Part shown: in pieces, positions 48,413 to 58,799 of the stretch | Layout of the letters: every line of letters starts with the position of its first letter | Numbering within the stretch: position 1 is the stretch's first letter | Assembly (NCBI GenBank): GCA_001792215.1 | Contig: MGGC01000038.1 | Location: 3,555 to 67,554 of the forward strand | DNA: 64,000 nucleotides | DNA from: Candidatus Woesebacteria bacterium RIFCSPHIGHO2_01_FULL_38_10 | Lineage (GTDB): Bacteria > Patescibacteriota > Microgenomatia > UBA8517 | Direction: 5' to 3' | Notes under the pieces: generated by a model | What the model saw: the letters and a program-made list of their open reading frames with translations, nothing else | Told to the model about the DNA's origin: nothing | Database searches by the model: none | Translations under genes and position numbers: made by a program

Positions 48413-48742
48413 ATGATAGTAGGAATGTTAAGAAGGTTCACGAGGCCGCCGGCAACTACACTGCGCACTAAAGAAGGTGTAAGTATACCAGTAGAAGGTG
48501 AGTGGCCTTCTGAAGAAGAAATTGATTTTGCCGACATGCTGGCAAGACGACTACTTCAAAGTAAATTATCCAGAGAACCTAGAACATTGTCTATCCAAGG
48601 TGAAGAACTCCAAGGCGTATTATTTAAAACCGATTCCGGACCAATAATTGTCACTGGTAATTTTATTGCTAAGGTAACAGCAGATGGGAAATTAGGTCGT
48701 CTTCTTCCCAGAACACCTGGTTCAACTTCCGCCAAAAAATAG
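48413..48742 (+). CDS. Hypothetical protein (109 aa)
   Basis: ATG 8 nt after the hppA stop; GC-richer; no motif I recognise. Confidence 0.4.
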   Translation: MIVGMLRRFTRPPATTLRTKEGVSIPVEGEWPSEEEIDFADMLARRLLQSKLSREPRTLSIQGEELQGVLFKTDSGPIIVTGNFIAKVTADGKLGRLLPRTPGSTSAKK

Positions 48743-48810
48743 GTCCATCCCGGTGGCTACCAATTCAAATCCTGTCCCTAAACTTTAAGTTATTGTATAA
48801 TCTCAATTTA

Positions 48811-48913
48811 TTCAAACTTTGCGAATACCTCGCATCTTGATGCAAGGATGAAGCAAAGGATTGAACAAACTTGTCCGTAGGAATACTTCGTAGCTTGCTA
48901 CGAAGTAGTTTAT
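48811..48913. repeat. Structured intergenic repeat, copy 3 (inverted, diverged)
   Basis: Reverse complement aligns with copies 1 and 2. Both hairpins are kept, with compensatory changes in hairpin A (TACTTCGTAG-CTTG-CTACGAAGTA); ends 2 nt before the ATG of the LmbE-like gene. Confidence 0.6.
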
Positions 48914-48914
48914 T

Positions 48915-49568
48915 ATGAAAAAAGAGAAATTAGTCTGTGTCTTTGCTCACCCCGATGATGAGTCCTTTGGTCCATCCGGAACCATAGCAAAATTTGCCGA
49001 TAGGGGAGAGGTTTATATAATTTGCGTTACCAACGGGAATGATAAAACCAATGGCAGAATAAAAAATCTTTCCCAAAAAAGAAAGAAAGAACTTAAAAAA
49101 GCTGCAACAATCTTGGGAGTGAAAAAAGTCTTTTTCTTGGGCTACGAAGACGGGGAATTGCGAAACGATCTCTATCATGAGGTGGCAGCAAAAATTGAAA
49201 AAATTCTTCTCAAAATTAAGCCTGACACTCTTATGACCTTTGAACTAAGGGGAATTTCCGGCCATATCGATCATGTCTTTTGTTCAATGGTTACAAGCTA
49301 TCTTTTTCAAAAGTTACCGTTTGTGAGAAAACTTCTTTATGCTGTAACTACGAAAGATGTCTCTGATAATATGAAAAATTATTTCATCTATTTTCCCGAC
49401 GGTTATGAAAAGTCTGAAGTCGATTTAGTCGTCGACGTTTCAAAATATTGGAGCCAAAAAATTCAATCAGTCAAAGCCCATAAATCGCAAAAAAAGGACG
49501 TTGAACAAATCCTTGCCTGGCTAAAGTCCACTCCCAAAGAAGAGTATTTCCTAGTAAAATCAAAATAG
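48915..49568 (+). CDS. PIG-L/LmbE-family N-acetylglucosaminyl deacetylase
   Basis: VFAHPDDESFGPSGT zinc-binding motif and downstream HIDH. Confidence 0.75.
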   Translation: MKKEKLVCVFAHPDDESFGPSGTIAKFADRGEVYIICVTNGNDKTNGRIKNLSQKRKKELKKAATILGVKKVFFLGYEDGELRNDLYHEVAAKIEKILLKIKPDTLMTFELRGISGHIDHVFCSMVTSYLFQKLPFVRKLLYAVTTKDVSDNMKNYFIYFPDGYEKSEVDLVVDVSKYWSQKIQSVKAHKSQKKDVEQILAWLKSTPKEEYFLVKSK

Positions 49569-49591
49569 TAGACGTTTCATTTACTTTACGT

Positions 49592-49831
49592 TTATTCACT
49601 CTGGGAGAAATGAAGTTTTCTTCCGCCATCAACTGGTTCTTGTCTAGTTACAACTTTAACACCATAAGTTCTTTCTAATCGTTTAACAATACCATCTCGA
49701 ACACTTCCTAGTCGTACCAGTCCACTCGGATCTATAGGTACAAAAACAGTCGCAGCCTGGTCTTCTTCTAATGCTTTAAGCACTTCTTGAGCTTGATCAT
49801 CAAATCTCGACTTTCTCCCTCTCTCTACCAT
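49592..49831 (-). CDS. Hypothetical protein B of the coupled cassette (79 aa)
   Basis: Starts 1 nt after the stop of protein A; MVERGRKSRFDDQAQEVLKALEEDQAATVFVPIDPSGLVRLG; no family recognised. Confidence 0.45.
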   Translation of the reverse strand: MVERGRKSRFDDQAQEVLKALEEDQAATVFVPIDPSGLVRLGSVRDGIVKRLERTYGVKVVTRQEPVDGGRKLHFSQSE

Positions 49832-49832
49832 G

Positions 49833-50234
49833 TTATCTTACTATGGTCAGACCTAGTTCTTCAACAAGATTTCTAATGTCTTCATTAGTCTGCGCCGCTT
49901 CACGTAAACTAAAATTCCCATGCTCTATCCTATACTTGCCGAATTTATTTTCTGAAGGCCATCTTCCCATCTCCCAGCGACGAGGAAAAAAACGACCTTT
50001 AATTCCCCGTCTTTGTCTTCTCTGTAGTTCTTTTAGATCTTCTAAGGCTTTTACAAGTAAATCATCCCTTACCTCAAGCGAGAATGGCTTTCCGCCTTGA
50101 GATTTGACACTGGTATTATGTCCCTGAACTTGATCGGCTACCCCCAAACTGGCACCGGCTCGCGCTACCAAATCCATGGTTGACATCTCTTCTCTAGGTA
50201 ATTCTTTAGGTAGCGACGCTTCTTTTTCTACCAT
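49833..50234 (-). CDS. Hypothetical protein A of a coupled two-gene cassette (133 aa)
   Basis: GC-richer than flanks; stop TAA, 1 nt, then the ATG of the next gene; no family recognised (KELQRRQRRGIKGRFFPRRWEMGRW). Confidence 0.45.
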   Translation of the reverse strand: MVEKEASLPKELPREEMSTMDLVARAGASLGVADQVQGHNTSVKSQGGKPFSLEVRDDLLVKALEDLKELQRRQRRGIKGRFFPRRWEMGRWPSENKFGKYRIEHGNFSLREAAQTNEDIRNLVEELGLTIVR

Positions 50235-50444
50235 GCTAATTAAGTTATCTAAGCTTACAAGTACATATTATAAGCTTTATGACGCGGAAATCAAGAAGGT
50301 GTGTAAAAAAACTAAACTATAAAATAATACTTGTTTACCAGCTTCAAAAAAGATAAGATTAAATAGGCTTGGTGAACCTATTTTTTGTCGGCCAAGCGTG
50401 ATTCTACTTGTTACTGGTTACTTGTTACTTTTCACCCAAAAAAT

Positions 50445-53075
50445 ATGGACATCGGAAAAATTCAGCCCACGAAAATAACCGAGGAAATGCAAAAGTCATA
50501 CCTTGACTACGCAATGAGCGTGATTGTGGCAAGAGCACTGCCTGATGTCAAAGACGGACTAAAGCCGGTTCACCGAAGAATCCTTTTTGCCATGCAGCAA
50601 ATAGGTTTAAATCCAACTTCTGCTTTTACAAAATCGGCAAAAGTGGTTGGTGAAGTCTTGGGAAAATACCATCCACACGGAGACATTCCGGTTTATGACG
50701 CTTTGGTCCGAATGGCACAAAGTTTCTCAATGCGCTATCCATTGGTAAAAGGGCAGGGAAATTTCGGTTCGGTAGACGGCGATCCTCCGGCTGCTATGCG
50801 TTACACAGAAGTAAAACTTGCTCCGATTTCAAACTATATGCTTTCCGACATCGAAAAAGAAACAGTTGATTTTATGGATAATTTTGATGCGACTTTAAAA
50901 GAACCGACTTTCCTTCCGGCTCTTCTTCCCAACTTACTTCTCATGGGCTCCGAAGGAATCGCGGTCGGAATGGCCACCAAAATTCCACCACATAATTTAA
51001 CCGAAGTTGTAAACGCAATTATAACTACAATCAAAAAAGGGAAAGTAACCTATGAGGCCGCAAAACAGGAAGAACAGACAGAATTTGTTATCAAGAGAAT
51101 TTCTTTACTGGCCTCAGGTGAAAAAAAGGGGCAAGAAGCAGGAAGAGAAGTGAAACCCCAAGATGTAGGTTTTGAAAGCGATATTACAATTGAAGAATTA
51201 ATTCAAATTATTCCCGGACCTGATTTCCCCACAGGAGGGGCTATTTATGATGCAACGTCCTTAAGAGACGTTTACGCAACAGGAAGAGGAAGAGTAGTTA
51301 TTCGGGGTATCGCAGAAATTAAAGACTCGCCTGCGCGAGAGGGAAGCAGTAAAGGTAGACAACAGATAGTTATTTCCGAAATTCCCTATCAGGCAAATAA
51401 ATCTCAACTTGTTAAGAAAATCGCTGATTTGGTAAAAGAAAAGAAAGTCACAGGAATTTCAGACCTGAGAGACGAGTCTGATAAAGAAGGAATGAGAGTG
51501 GTTGTTGATCTTAAACGCGATGCCCGACCAAAATCAATTCTCAATAATCTTTTTAAACACACCCAACTTCAAACAACATTTCCTGCAAATTTTGTCGCAC
51601 TGGTTGACGGAACTCCCTATACCTTAAACCTGAAGCAAATCATAGTTGAATATATAAAACACAGACAAAAAGTTATCACAAGAAGAGTTATTTTCGAGTT
51701 AACTGCTGCCAAACGCCGGGCCCACATCATTGAAGGATTAAAAATTGCGCTAGACAACCTGGACGAGGTAATTTCAACAATCAAGAAAAGCCGCACTCAG
51801 GAAGAAGCAAAGGTTAACTTAATGAAAAAATTTGCCCTAAGCGAGATCCAGGCTATCGCAATTCTGGATATGCAGCTTAGACGCTTAGCGGCACTTGAAC
51901 GGGAAAAAATTGAAAAGGAGTACGAAGAGGTTAAAAAGATAATCGATGAGTTAACCAGCATTCTCAAAGATCCGAATAAAGTACTATCAATCATCATCAA
52001 TGAACTATCCCAAGTAAAAGAAAAATTTGCTGATGCAAGAAAAACAAAAATTTATAAGCAAAAAATAGGGCAGTTCAGCGAGGAGGATCTTATTGCCAAA
52101 GAAGATACTCTCATCATGCTCACAAAAACTGGTTACATAAAAAGACTACCCAGAGCAACCTATAGAACACAACGAAGGGGAGGTAAGGGGGTAACCGGAA
52201 TGGCAACCAAAGAAGAAGATGAGATCGAACATCTAGTCTCAGCCACAACCCATGATACGATTCTTTTCTTTACAGATAAAGGAAAAGTCTACGGAACAAA
52301 ATCCTGGGAGATACCAGAAACATCTCGCCAGGCAAAGGGACAAGCGGCAGTCAATATAATCAATATCAGTCAAGATGAAAAAATTATGTCGGTATTACCT
52401 TTAAGCGCCAAAGGAAAACATCTCATCATGGCGACCAGTCTCGGCACAGTAAAAAAGACTCCAGTTTCTAAATATACCAATCTAAGAGTATCGGGCCTTA
52501 TTGCTATTAAACTTGATACAAACGATTCATTAGTCTCTGTTCACGAAACCGCAGGTGACGACCATATAATACTCATTAGCAAAGGAGGAAAATCTATTCG
52601 CTTTCCAGAAGCAAATGTCCGTCCTATGGGAAGAGCTACAACCGGCATGAGGGGAATTAAACTGGAAAAGGGCAATGAAGTTATCGGTATGGAGGTATTT
52701 GCCGCCAAAGACGTTCCTCCTAAAGATAGAAGGCGTAAATTTTTTAGAGACCTTCTAACCATCTCTGAACATGGACTTGGAAAAAGAACGCCGATCCATC
52801 TTTTTCCTGTCCAAAAGCGGGCCGGGAAGGGGGTAAAGGCAGCGGCGGTCAATACAAAAACCGGACAACTAACAACCGAAGTCATCCTCACCCAAGAGGC
52901 TGAACAGATTGCCATTACCTCAAAGACTGGCCAAGTGATAAAACTTCCCGTAAAAAATATTCCCCAAATGGGAAGAAATACCCAGGGAGTAATCTTAATG
53001 CGTTTTGCCAAAAAGGGCGATGGTGTTGCAGCTGTAGCTGCCCTTAATAGAAATGGGGATAAAGAAGGGGAATAA
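50445..53075 (+). CDS. gyrA: DNA gyrase subunit A
   Basis: Catalytic Tyr region [13 protein letters not shown] region, six-blade C-terminal domain; track start 50385 is TTG, ATG at 50445 (MDIGKIQ). Confidence 0.95.
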   Translation: MDIGKIQPTKITEEMQKSYLDYAMSVIVARALPDVKDGLKPVHRRILFAMQQIGLNPTSAFTKSAKVVGEVLGKYHPHGDIPVYDALVRMAQSFSMRYPLVKGQGNFGSVDGDPPAAMRYTEVKLAPISNYMLSDIEKETVDFMDNFDATLKEPTFLPALLPNLLLMGSEGIAVGMATKIPPHNLTEVVNAIITTIKKGKVTYEAAKQEEQTEFVIKRISLLASGEKKGQEAGREVKPQDVGFESDITIEELIQIIPGPDFPTGGAIYDATSLRDVYATGRGRVVIRGIAEIKDSPAREGSSKGRQQIVISEIPYQANKSQLVKKIADLVKEKKVTGISDLRDESDKEGMRVVVDLKRDARPKSILNNLFKHTQLQTTFPANFVALVDGTPYTLNLKQIIVEYIKHRQKVITRRVIFELTAAKRRAHIIEGLKIALDNLDEVISTIKKSRTQEEAKVNLMKKFALSEIQAIAILDMQLRRLAALEREKIEKEYEEVKKIIDELTSILKDPNKVLSIIINELSQVKEKFADARKTKIYKQKIGQFSEEDLIAKEDTLIMLTKTGYIKRLPRATYRTQRRGGKGVTGMATKEEDEIEHLVSATTHDTILFFTDKGKVYGTKSWEIPETSRQAKGQAAVNIINISQDEKIMSVLPLSAKGKHLIMATSLGTVKKTPVSKYTNLRVSGLIAIKLDTNDSLVSVHETAGDDHIILISKGGKSIRFPEANVRPMGRATTGMRGIKLEKGNEVIGMEVFAAKDVPPKDRRRKFFRDLLTISEHGLGKRTPIHLFPVQKRAGKGVKAAAVNTKTGQLTTEVILTQEAEQIAITSKTGQVIKLPVKNIPQMGRNTQGVILMRFAKKGDGVAAVAALNRNGDKEGE

Positions 53076-53100
53076 CTTCAAGATTGATTGGATCAACTAT

Positions 53101-53652
53101 TTAAACTTTTCCAAGAAATTTTTGAAATTCATCAAAATAAGGGTAATGATGATCATTTCGGGGTTTTTCAATCACCTTTATTTTTCTATTTATCCGGCCG
53201 ACCATCTCCTTTATTTTTTCAAAAGTGGAAAACGGATCTTTTTCGTTTTGGAAAATCAAAATTTGTCTCGCCTTCAAAAAAGACAGCCCCTTTTGAAAAA
53301 TCTCAGAAACAGATCCGACATCCTTCGGCTGCCAGCTTACAGGTATACCGCAAAGTACTAGTTTATTAACAAACTTCGGATTTCTAATAATCCACTCCAT
53401 CGCCACTCTTGTACCAACTGACTTAGCAATAATGTTAATCTTTTCGTTCCCGCGAATTTCCTCAGCAATTTTTCTTAACTCATGGGCAACAGAAAAACTC
53501 CCGGAAGTCCAATGCTTCCATTCATGAACGATAACCTTTTGATTCAAATTAAGCTTATTCCTAACCTCATAAGCCCAATCTTTATTATGTAAAGAATACC
53601 CAGGTAAAATTATAGTTTTCATAATAGTTTTTAAGACAGTACTAATTTCCAA
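53101..53652 (-). CDS. Alpha/beta hydrolase (YdeN/RBBP9-like serine hydrolase)
   Basis: 183 aa; nucleophile elbow IIAKSVGTRVA; C-terminal DHHYPYFDEF. Confidence 0.55.
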   Translation of the reverse strand: MEISTVLKTIMKTIILPGYSLHNKDWAYEVRNKLNLNQKVIVHEWKHWTSGSFSVAHELRKIAEEIRGNEKINIIAKSVGTRVAMEWIIRNPKFVNKLVLCGIPVSWQPKDVGSVSEIFQKGLSFLKARQILIFQNEKDPFSTFEKIKEMVGRINRKIKVIEKPRNDHHYPYFDEFQKFLGKV

Positions 53653-54110
53653 GATGGTTGCATTTCAATTATATTTTTCTATCATAATATCATGTCACAA
53701 GATCAATCCGAACAGGGAGGTTATGATTTTTCTTCGGCAAAAGCAGAAGCAATTTCTGCTTTAGAGAAAAGACCGTCAAATAAGACGGTAAGTACAACAA
53801 CATGGGGGGTATTATTTTCGGTAAATATAGCGGGATACAGATTAGCAAAACATTCAGCAACTATCCAAGAACGACCTTCAAGATGATCTGATTTCTCCAA
53901 TCTACCTATAATTTCAAACTTTGCCACTATAATATCCAGGAAAAGTTGATTTTATTAAACAACATCTTTGAAAACTGATACAAAAATTCATCGATGACTA
54001 ATGATGATACATATAAGCTTGCCCCGGAAGAAATCAACAACTCTATCTTTTTACAAGTATTGTTGTGTTGCAGCTCATCTTCATTTTTGTAGTAGATTAA
54101 AATATGACTA

Positions 54111-54380
54111 TCAAGATAACATTTCTTCGTAGCTCTCTCTAAAGATTTTATTCAACTCCTCTGGCGTATGAGAGTCCAGTCTATAACCACCTGCTAACTT
54201 TCTTACTTTCGTAATTGCTTCTTCTTTCAATAGCTTCTTCTTTTGCTCTTTTATGGGTTTTATTTTCGCTAATTTTTTGTCTCGATAGGTCAGTGTCAAA
54301 GTAGTACCAAGAGTCAAAGCAACTAGAACTCTGCCAAAATTCTCCCTAAGTTCTTTAGTAGAAATAGTCTGAGTTTGCAT
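54111..54380 (-). CDS. Phd/YefM-like antitoxin-family protein (orphan)
   Basis: N-terminus TISTKELRENFGRVLVAL...LTLTYRDKKLAKIKPI resembles Phd/YefM; no toxin-sized ORF downstream. Confidence 0.4.
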   Translation of the reverse strand: MQTQTISTKELRENFGRVLVALTLGTTLTLTYRDKKLAKIKPIKEQKKKLLKEEAITKVRKLAGGYRLDSHTPEELNKIFRESYEEMLS

Positions 54381-54411
54381 AGTTAAAGATTATCTCAAAG
54401 AGAATCTTTTA

Positions 54412-55389
54412 TCAACGCCCTTTCCCATGAAACGCGTCATGAATTTCTCTCAAGTGCTTATGAGTTACATGAGTATAAATCTGGGTTGTCTGGATATTTT
54501 TATGCCCCAGCATTTCCTGAACACTTCTAATATCTGCCCCAGCCATCAATAAATCAGTTGCGAAAGAGTGCCTCAGGACATGAGGGGTTACCTCAATTGG
54601 TAACTTCATTTTTTCGCCATATTTTTTGATCATTCTCTGAACAGATCGGGAAGTAAGGCGAACTTTTTCATCAGAAGTGGAAGGACTAATCGCACCTTTA
54701 TGTCTTATAAAAAGTGGTTTAAATTTATCCTCTCTTACTTTAAGATAATTTTCAAGCCAGTTAACTGCTCTTTGTGACAAAAAAACAATACGCGCCTTCC
54801 CACCTTTTCCCACAATTCCAAACTCTCGTCTCTGCAAATCAAGTTTATCCCGGTCAAGTCTCACTAATTCGGAAACCCGAAGCCCGGTTGAAAATAAAAC
54901 TTCCAAAATTGCCTTGTCGCGCTTGCCCTGAACGGTTGATAGGGTAGGGGCGTTAAGAAGCCTGTCAATCTGCTCTCCGGTCAGGAATTTAACTTGCCTT
55001 TCTGAAACCTTGGGAAGATCTATCTTGTCAGGCGACATAACTTCATAGTCATTTTTGATAAGCCAGCGAAGAAAGGATCGGAGCGCAATTACATGATAAG
55101 CCTGAGTTCTCCTGCCTAAAGTTGAATCCTTGCTGCGGGAGTAAGGTCGACTGAATTTAATAGGCAGTCTTGAAAGAAAAACCCTGTATTGTCTTACCAA
55201 CTCGGGGTTTATATCGCGAAGTCCCAATCGGATTCCTTCTTTTCTTAACCAGTCCAAAAAGCGGTTTAAATAGTGCCTATAATTTCTTATTGTTAGGCTA
55301 GAGGAGCCTCTCTCAACCTCCAGATACTCTAAAAACTCATCAATTTTTTTTGACAGCTCGGAAGAATTTTTCTGGGCAGAGGAAACCAT
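54412..55389 (-). CDS. Tyrosine site-specific recombinase, XerC/XerD family
   Basis: N-terminal SAM-like domain; catalytic R...HVLRHSFATDLLMAGADIRSVQEMLGHKNIQTTQIYTHV with nucleophile Tyr. Confidence 0.85.
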   Translation of the reverse strand: MVSSAQKNSSELSKKIDEFLEYLEVERGSSSLTIRNYRHYLNRFLDWLRKEGIRLGLRDINPELVRQYRVFLSRLPIKFSRPYSRSKDSTLGRRTQAYHVIALRSFLRWLIKNDYEVMSPDKIDLPKVSERQVKFLTGEQIDRLLNAPTLSTVQGKRDKAILEVLFSTGLRVSELVRLDRDKLDLQRREFGIVGKGGKARIVFLSQRAVNWLENYLKVREDKFKPLFIRHKGAISPSTSDEKVRLTSRSVQRMIKKYGEKMKLPIEVTPHVLRHSFATDLLMAGADIRSVQEMLGHKNIQTTQIYTHVTHKHLREIHDAFHGKGR

Positions 55390-56348
55390 TTACAAAAACA
55401 CTTTACAGCAAATATAGAAGTTTGTCAATATTGTGCGACATTAAAGTGTTCTCCTTTTACTACTCTCTTTCCCTTCCTCCTCTTGAAGCGTTAAAAATCC
55501 TAACGTGGGTGTCAGCCAAACATCTTGTGTTTATACCATCAGGACATCCCTTTTCAACACTTCTTTCGAAAATCGGTTTCCAAGACTCAATGCGAGCTTT
55601 CTCATCAAGTTTTTTAGCATGTTTAACTGTAGCAGGAGTCTGTTTACAACCGACATAAAAACCGACTTCACCAAATCAATTCTAAGGCCTTCGTTTTATA
55701 AAATATGAGTAAGTGATCATTTCAATCAAAATATTTTTACCCAGATTTGCCGTTTTTATAATGTCTACGAAAAAGAAAAAAGTTCTTACAAAAAATAGGG
55801 GAGTGGGCAACTTTATTAGAAAGACTCTAGATCTAGTATATTTCGGCTTTAGTTCGGTAGGAAAAATTTATTAACATATCCATAAAAGAGAACTAAAATG
55901 ATTAAATTGTAAAATTAACTTTTATCATTAAAACAAAAAGAGGAAAAAAGAGATAAAAAAAACACCCCACTCTAAACAGCTATCTAACTTAGTCGCAAAA
56001 GTATTCTTGTACGACTATAATGTTTTTTCCATACATCCCACTTTACCCAGATCTCCTCCTGGGAGGACTACTAAATGATTTTGACTAATCAAAAACTTAA
56101 AAATATATAATTTTATCCAGAAGCATTTATATTTCTCCTCTAAAAACCTATACTTATCCACAAAATGAGAGAAAGAAATTCTATGCAATATTCTTTCTTA
56201 TCTACTAAGAGAAGTATTGAGCACAATAACTATATCAAACTATAACAATTATTTTGAAGTTCACCCTTCGGGAAATATTCGTATGAGTTAAATTATGTAC
56301 CGTGTCGTGAAAAAAAATTGTAAAATTTGTGAAAAAAATCTCTAACGT

Positions 56349-56365
56349 CCTATAATTATTATAGG
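56349..56365. repeat. Perfect 17-bp palindrome CCTATAATTATTATAGG in a large AT-rich spacer
   Basis: 8-bp arms with a 1-nt centre; candidate protein-binding site ~1 kb upstream of the xer gene. Confidence 0.5.
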
Positions 56366-56448
56366 GTACCTAAACTTTCATCTCTCCCCCTTCCCCCCTT
56401 GCGTGCCGCTCTCTCAATAAATTTATAAAAAAAATGAAAATCTTTTTT

Positions 56449-57225
56449 TTATCCACCCCAACGAGTTGCAAAAAACATTCCCAAAAATACTAATAAACCC
56501 AAAACCAAGTATTCCCTAACGGTTTGGACAAAAAGACGCCCTTCTAAATCTGCCTGTCCCAAACCTAAAATCATATAAGATGTTGCTGTTAAAAAAAGAG
56601 AACCTACCAAAACCGTAACAGGCCAAAAATAAAGCGCCAAAGATATTTCAAAGCTAACTATACTTGCGATTAAGGACATTCCCAAAAAAAATTTCGATTT
56701 CTTTTTGGTCAAAGGAATCGTCCAATATCCCTGGAGATACAAGGGAAAACTCAAGCAAAAAATGGATAAACCTGAAAGATAAATATTCCAGCGTAATGAG
56801 AAAATAGTGTTAAAAAGCAAAAAAAATGTAAGAAGAGTTAATACAAATCCTACTCCCCTAGCCGCTCTGAGCAATGCTATCGTTCTGATTGTGGCAACCG
56901 TATAGATATTAGCTGTTAAACAAAGCGCGTAAATCCCCAACCCATAAAGTAAAATAATTGGTATTCGAGTAAGAATACTGCTTGGTAAAAGAAACCAAAA
57001 AAGCCCTACTCCGATAGTAAAAAGGATAGGCAAAACCAATGTTAGAAGCGTTAAATTAAGCCCTAATCCCTCCCAAAGCGACCAAACGAAAAAAATTACT
57101 GTTAATAATCCTAAAACCCCGATAGCAAAAATTTTGTAAGATTCAAGAATCTGCACACCAATAAATCCCATCGAAAGAATTAAAGAAGTTGTAATGAAAC
57201 GTTTTCTTTTACTCAGATCAAACAC
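56449..57225 (-). CDS. Polytopic membrane protein (hypothetical)
   Basis: 258 aa, ~8 predicted TM helices, no motif recognised. Confidence 0.5.
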   Translation of the reverse strand: MFDLSKRKRFITTSLILSMGFIGVQILESYKIFAIGVLGLLTVIFFVWSLWEGLGLNLTLLTLVLPILFTIGVGLFWFLLPSSILTRIPIILLYGLGIYALCLTANIYTVATIRTIALLRAARGVGFVLTLLTFFLLFNTIFSLRWNIYLSGLSIFCLSFPLYLQGYWTIPLTKKKSKFFLGMSLIASIVSFEISLALYFWPVTVLVGSLFLTATSYMILGLGQADLEGRLFVQTVREYLVLGLLVFLGMFFATRWGG

Positions 57226-57244
57226 ATCTAAAAAAACTCATTTA

Positions 57245-57985
57245 CTAAATTCCACTAAGTACTTCCTGAGGAATATCAAAATTGGCATAGACCTTTTGAA
57301 CGTCTTCGTGATTTTCTAAACTATCTAAAAAATTCAATAACTTCTCTGCGGTTTTTCTATCTTCTATCGTCTGCAGGTTTTTGGGTTTTTTGACAAGTTC
57401 GGATGATATAATGGAAAACCCCAAGTTTTTCAAAGTATTGCAGCTATCTGCAAGATTGCCCGGACTCACATATATTTCAAGAGCATCCCCGGTCTCATCA
57501 ATATCCTCTACCTGAGCATCTATTAATTTCAACATCTGTTCTTCACTGTCTTTTTCTTTTTTAACCACAATTAAACCTCTGGGTTCGAAATTAAAAGAGA
57601 CCGCGGCAGGACCAACTAAATTACCACCTACTCTCTCAAAAATATTTTTGATTTCCTGCCCTGTTCTATTTCTATTGTCAGTTGCGGCTTCAACAATAAC
57701 TGCTACTCCTGAAGGACCAAATCCTTCATAAGATATCTCTTCAAACTCTTTCCTTTCCCCTGAGCCTCTGGAAATTGCCCTTTGTATATTATCTTTGGGC
57801 ATGTTGAGTGCACGCGCATGCTCAATTGCCACTCTCAGTTTTGGATTGGCCGAGGGATCAGAAGATTTACCTGCCCTTACAGCAATTGAAATTGCTCTGG
57901 CAAGCTTACTAAAAACTTTCCCCCGCTCTATATCCCGAACTCCTTTTTGTCTTTTAATTGTTGACCACTTTGAATGTCCTGACAT
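57245..57985 (-). CDS. yebC: YebC/PmpR-family transcriptional regulator
   Basis: Hallmark N-terminus MSGHSKWSTIKRQKG. Confidence 0.85.
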   Translation of the reverse strand: MSGHSKWSTIKRQKGVRDIERGKVFSKLARAISIAVRAGKSSDPSANPKLRVAIEHARALNMPKDNIQRAISRGSGERKEFEEISYEGFGPSGVAVIVEAATDNRNRTGQEIKNIFERVGGNLVGPAAVSFNFEPRGLIVVKKEKDSEEQMLKLIDAQVEDIDETGDALEIYVSPGNLADSCNTLKNLGFSIISSELVKKPKNLQTIEDRKTAEKLLNFLDSLENHEDVQKVYANFDIPQEVLSGI

Positions 57986-58095
57986 AACTACAATCTCTTA
58001 TTATACACCAAAACAATTTGCCTCAGGTCCAAATTAGCACCCCCGTTAAAAGGGCTTGACAACTTCCTCCGTCCATCTATACTCAAAAAGAAAAT

Positions 58096-58791
58096 ATGAA
58101 TGATGACCTTGCCCAGGAAGCAATTTCATTGGCCTTATCCGGAGATTGGAAAAAAGCTTCAGAGATCAACCAAGAAATTCTCAAAAGTGATCCCGAGAAT
58201 ATTGACGCATTAAATAGACTTTCTCGTGCGGAGGCTGAACAGGGTAATTTACTTAAAGCCAGAAGGTTCTCGCAAAGAGTGCTAAAAATTGATCCTTTTA
58301 ATTCAATTGCCCAAAAATCTCTAGAAAAACGGAAAAACTTAAAGAAAGGAGAAATTTACCTATCTATCCCCTCAAATGCCCAGGTTTTCTTAGAGGAACC
58401 CGGTAAAACAAAAATTGTTGCCCTGCTTCATTTGGGCAGTTCAAAAATCCTGGCAAAACTAGATGCTGGAGACGAAGTCAAACTTAACACCCATGCCCAC
58501 AGAATTTCTGTTGTAACTAAAGACTCAAGATATGTTGGTAGAATTCCTGACGATCTATCCGCCCGCCTACGAAATCTAATAAAGAAGGGTAATGAATATA
58601 AGGTTTTCATTAAATCCATAAATAAAAAAGAGGTAAAAGTTTTCATTCGAGAAACCAAAAGATCAAAAAAATTCTCAAACATTCCTTCTTTCTCTACAGA
58701 AAAAATTGAATATCTCTCATTCACACCTCCTGAATTCGTTTACAAAAAAGAAAAGGTTCATTTAAACGAAGAGAATGAAGATGTTGTCTAG
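58096..58791 (+). CDS. TPR-repeat protein
   Basis: TPR-like helices (DWKKASEINQEILKSDPENIDALNRLSRAEAEQGNLLKARRFSQRVLKIDPFNSIA). Confidence 0.55.
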   Translation: MNDDLAQEAISLALSGDWKKASEINQEILKSDPENIDALNRLSRAEAEQGNLLKARRFSQRVLKIDPFNSIAQKSLEKRKNLKKGEIYLSIPSNAQVFLEEPGKTKIVALLHLGSSKILAKLDAGDEVKLNTHAHRISVVTKDSRYVGRIPDDLSARLRNLIKKGNEYKVFIKSINKKEVKVFIRETKRSKKFSNIPSFSTEKIEYLSFTPPEFVYKKEKVHLNEENEDVV

Positions 58792-58799
58792 AACTCATT

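Noticed and set aside
53692-53927. Mutually overlapping opposite-strand ORFs 53692-53886 (+) and 53721-53927 (-)
   Set aside because: I cannot decide which, if either, is real. Neither has motifs or a clear RBS, so I left them unannotated.
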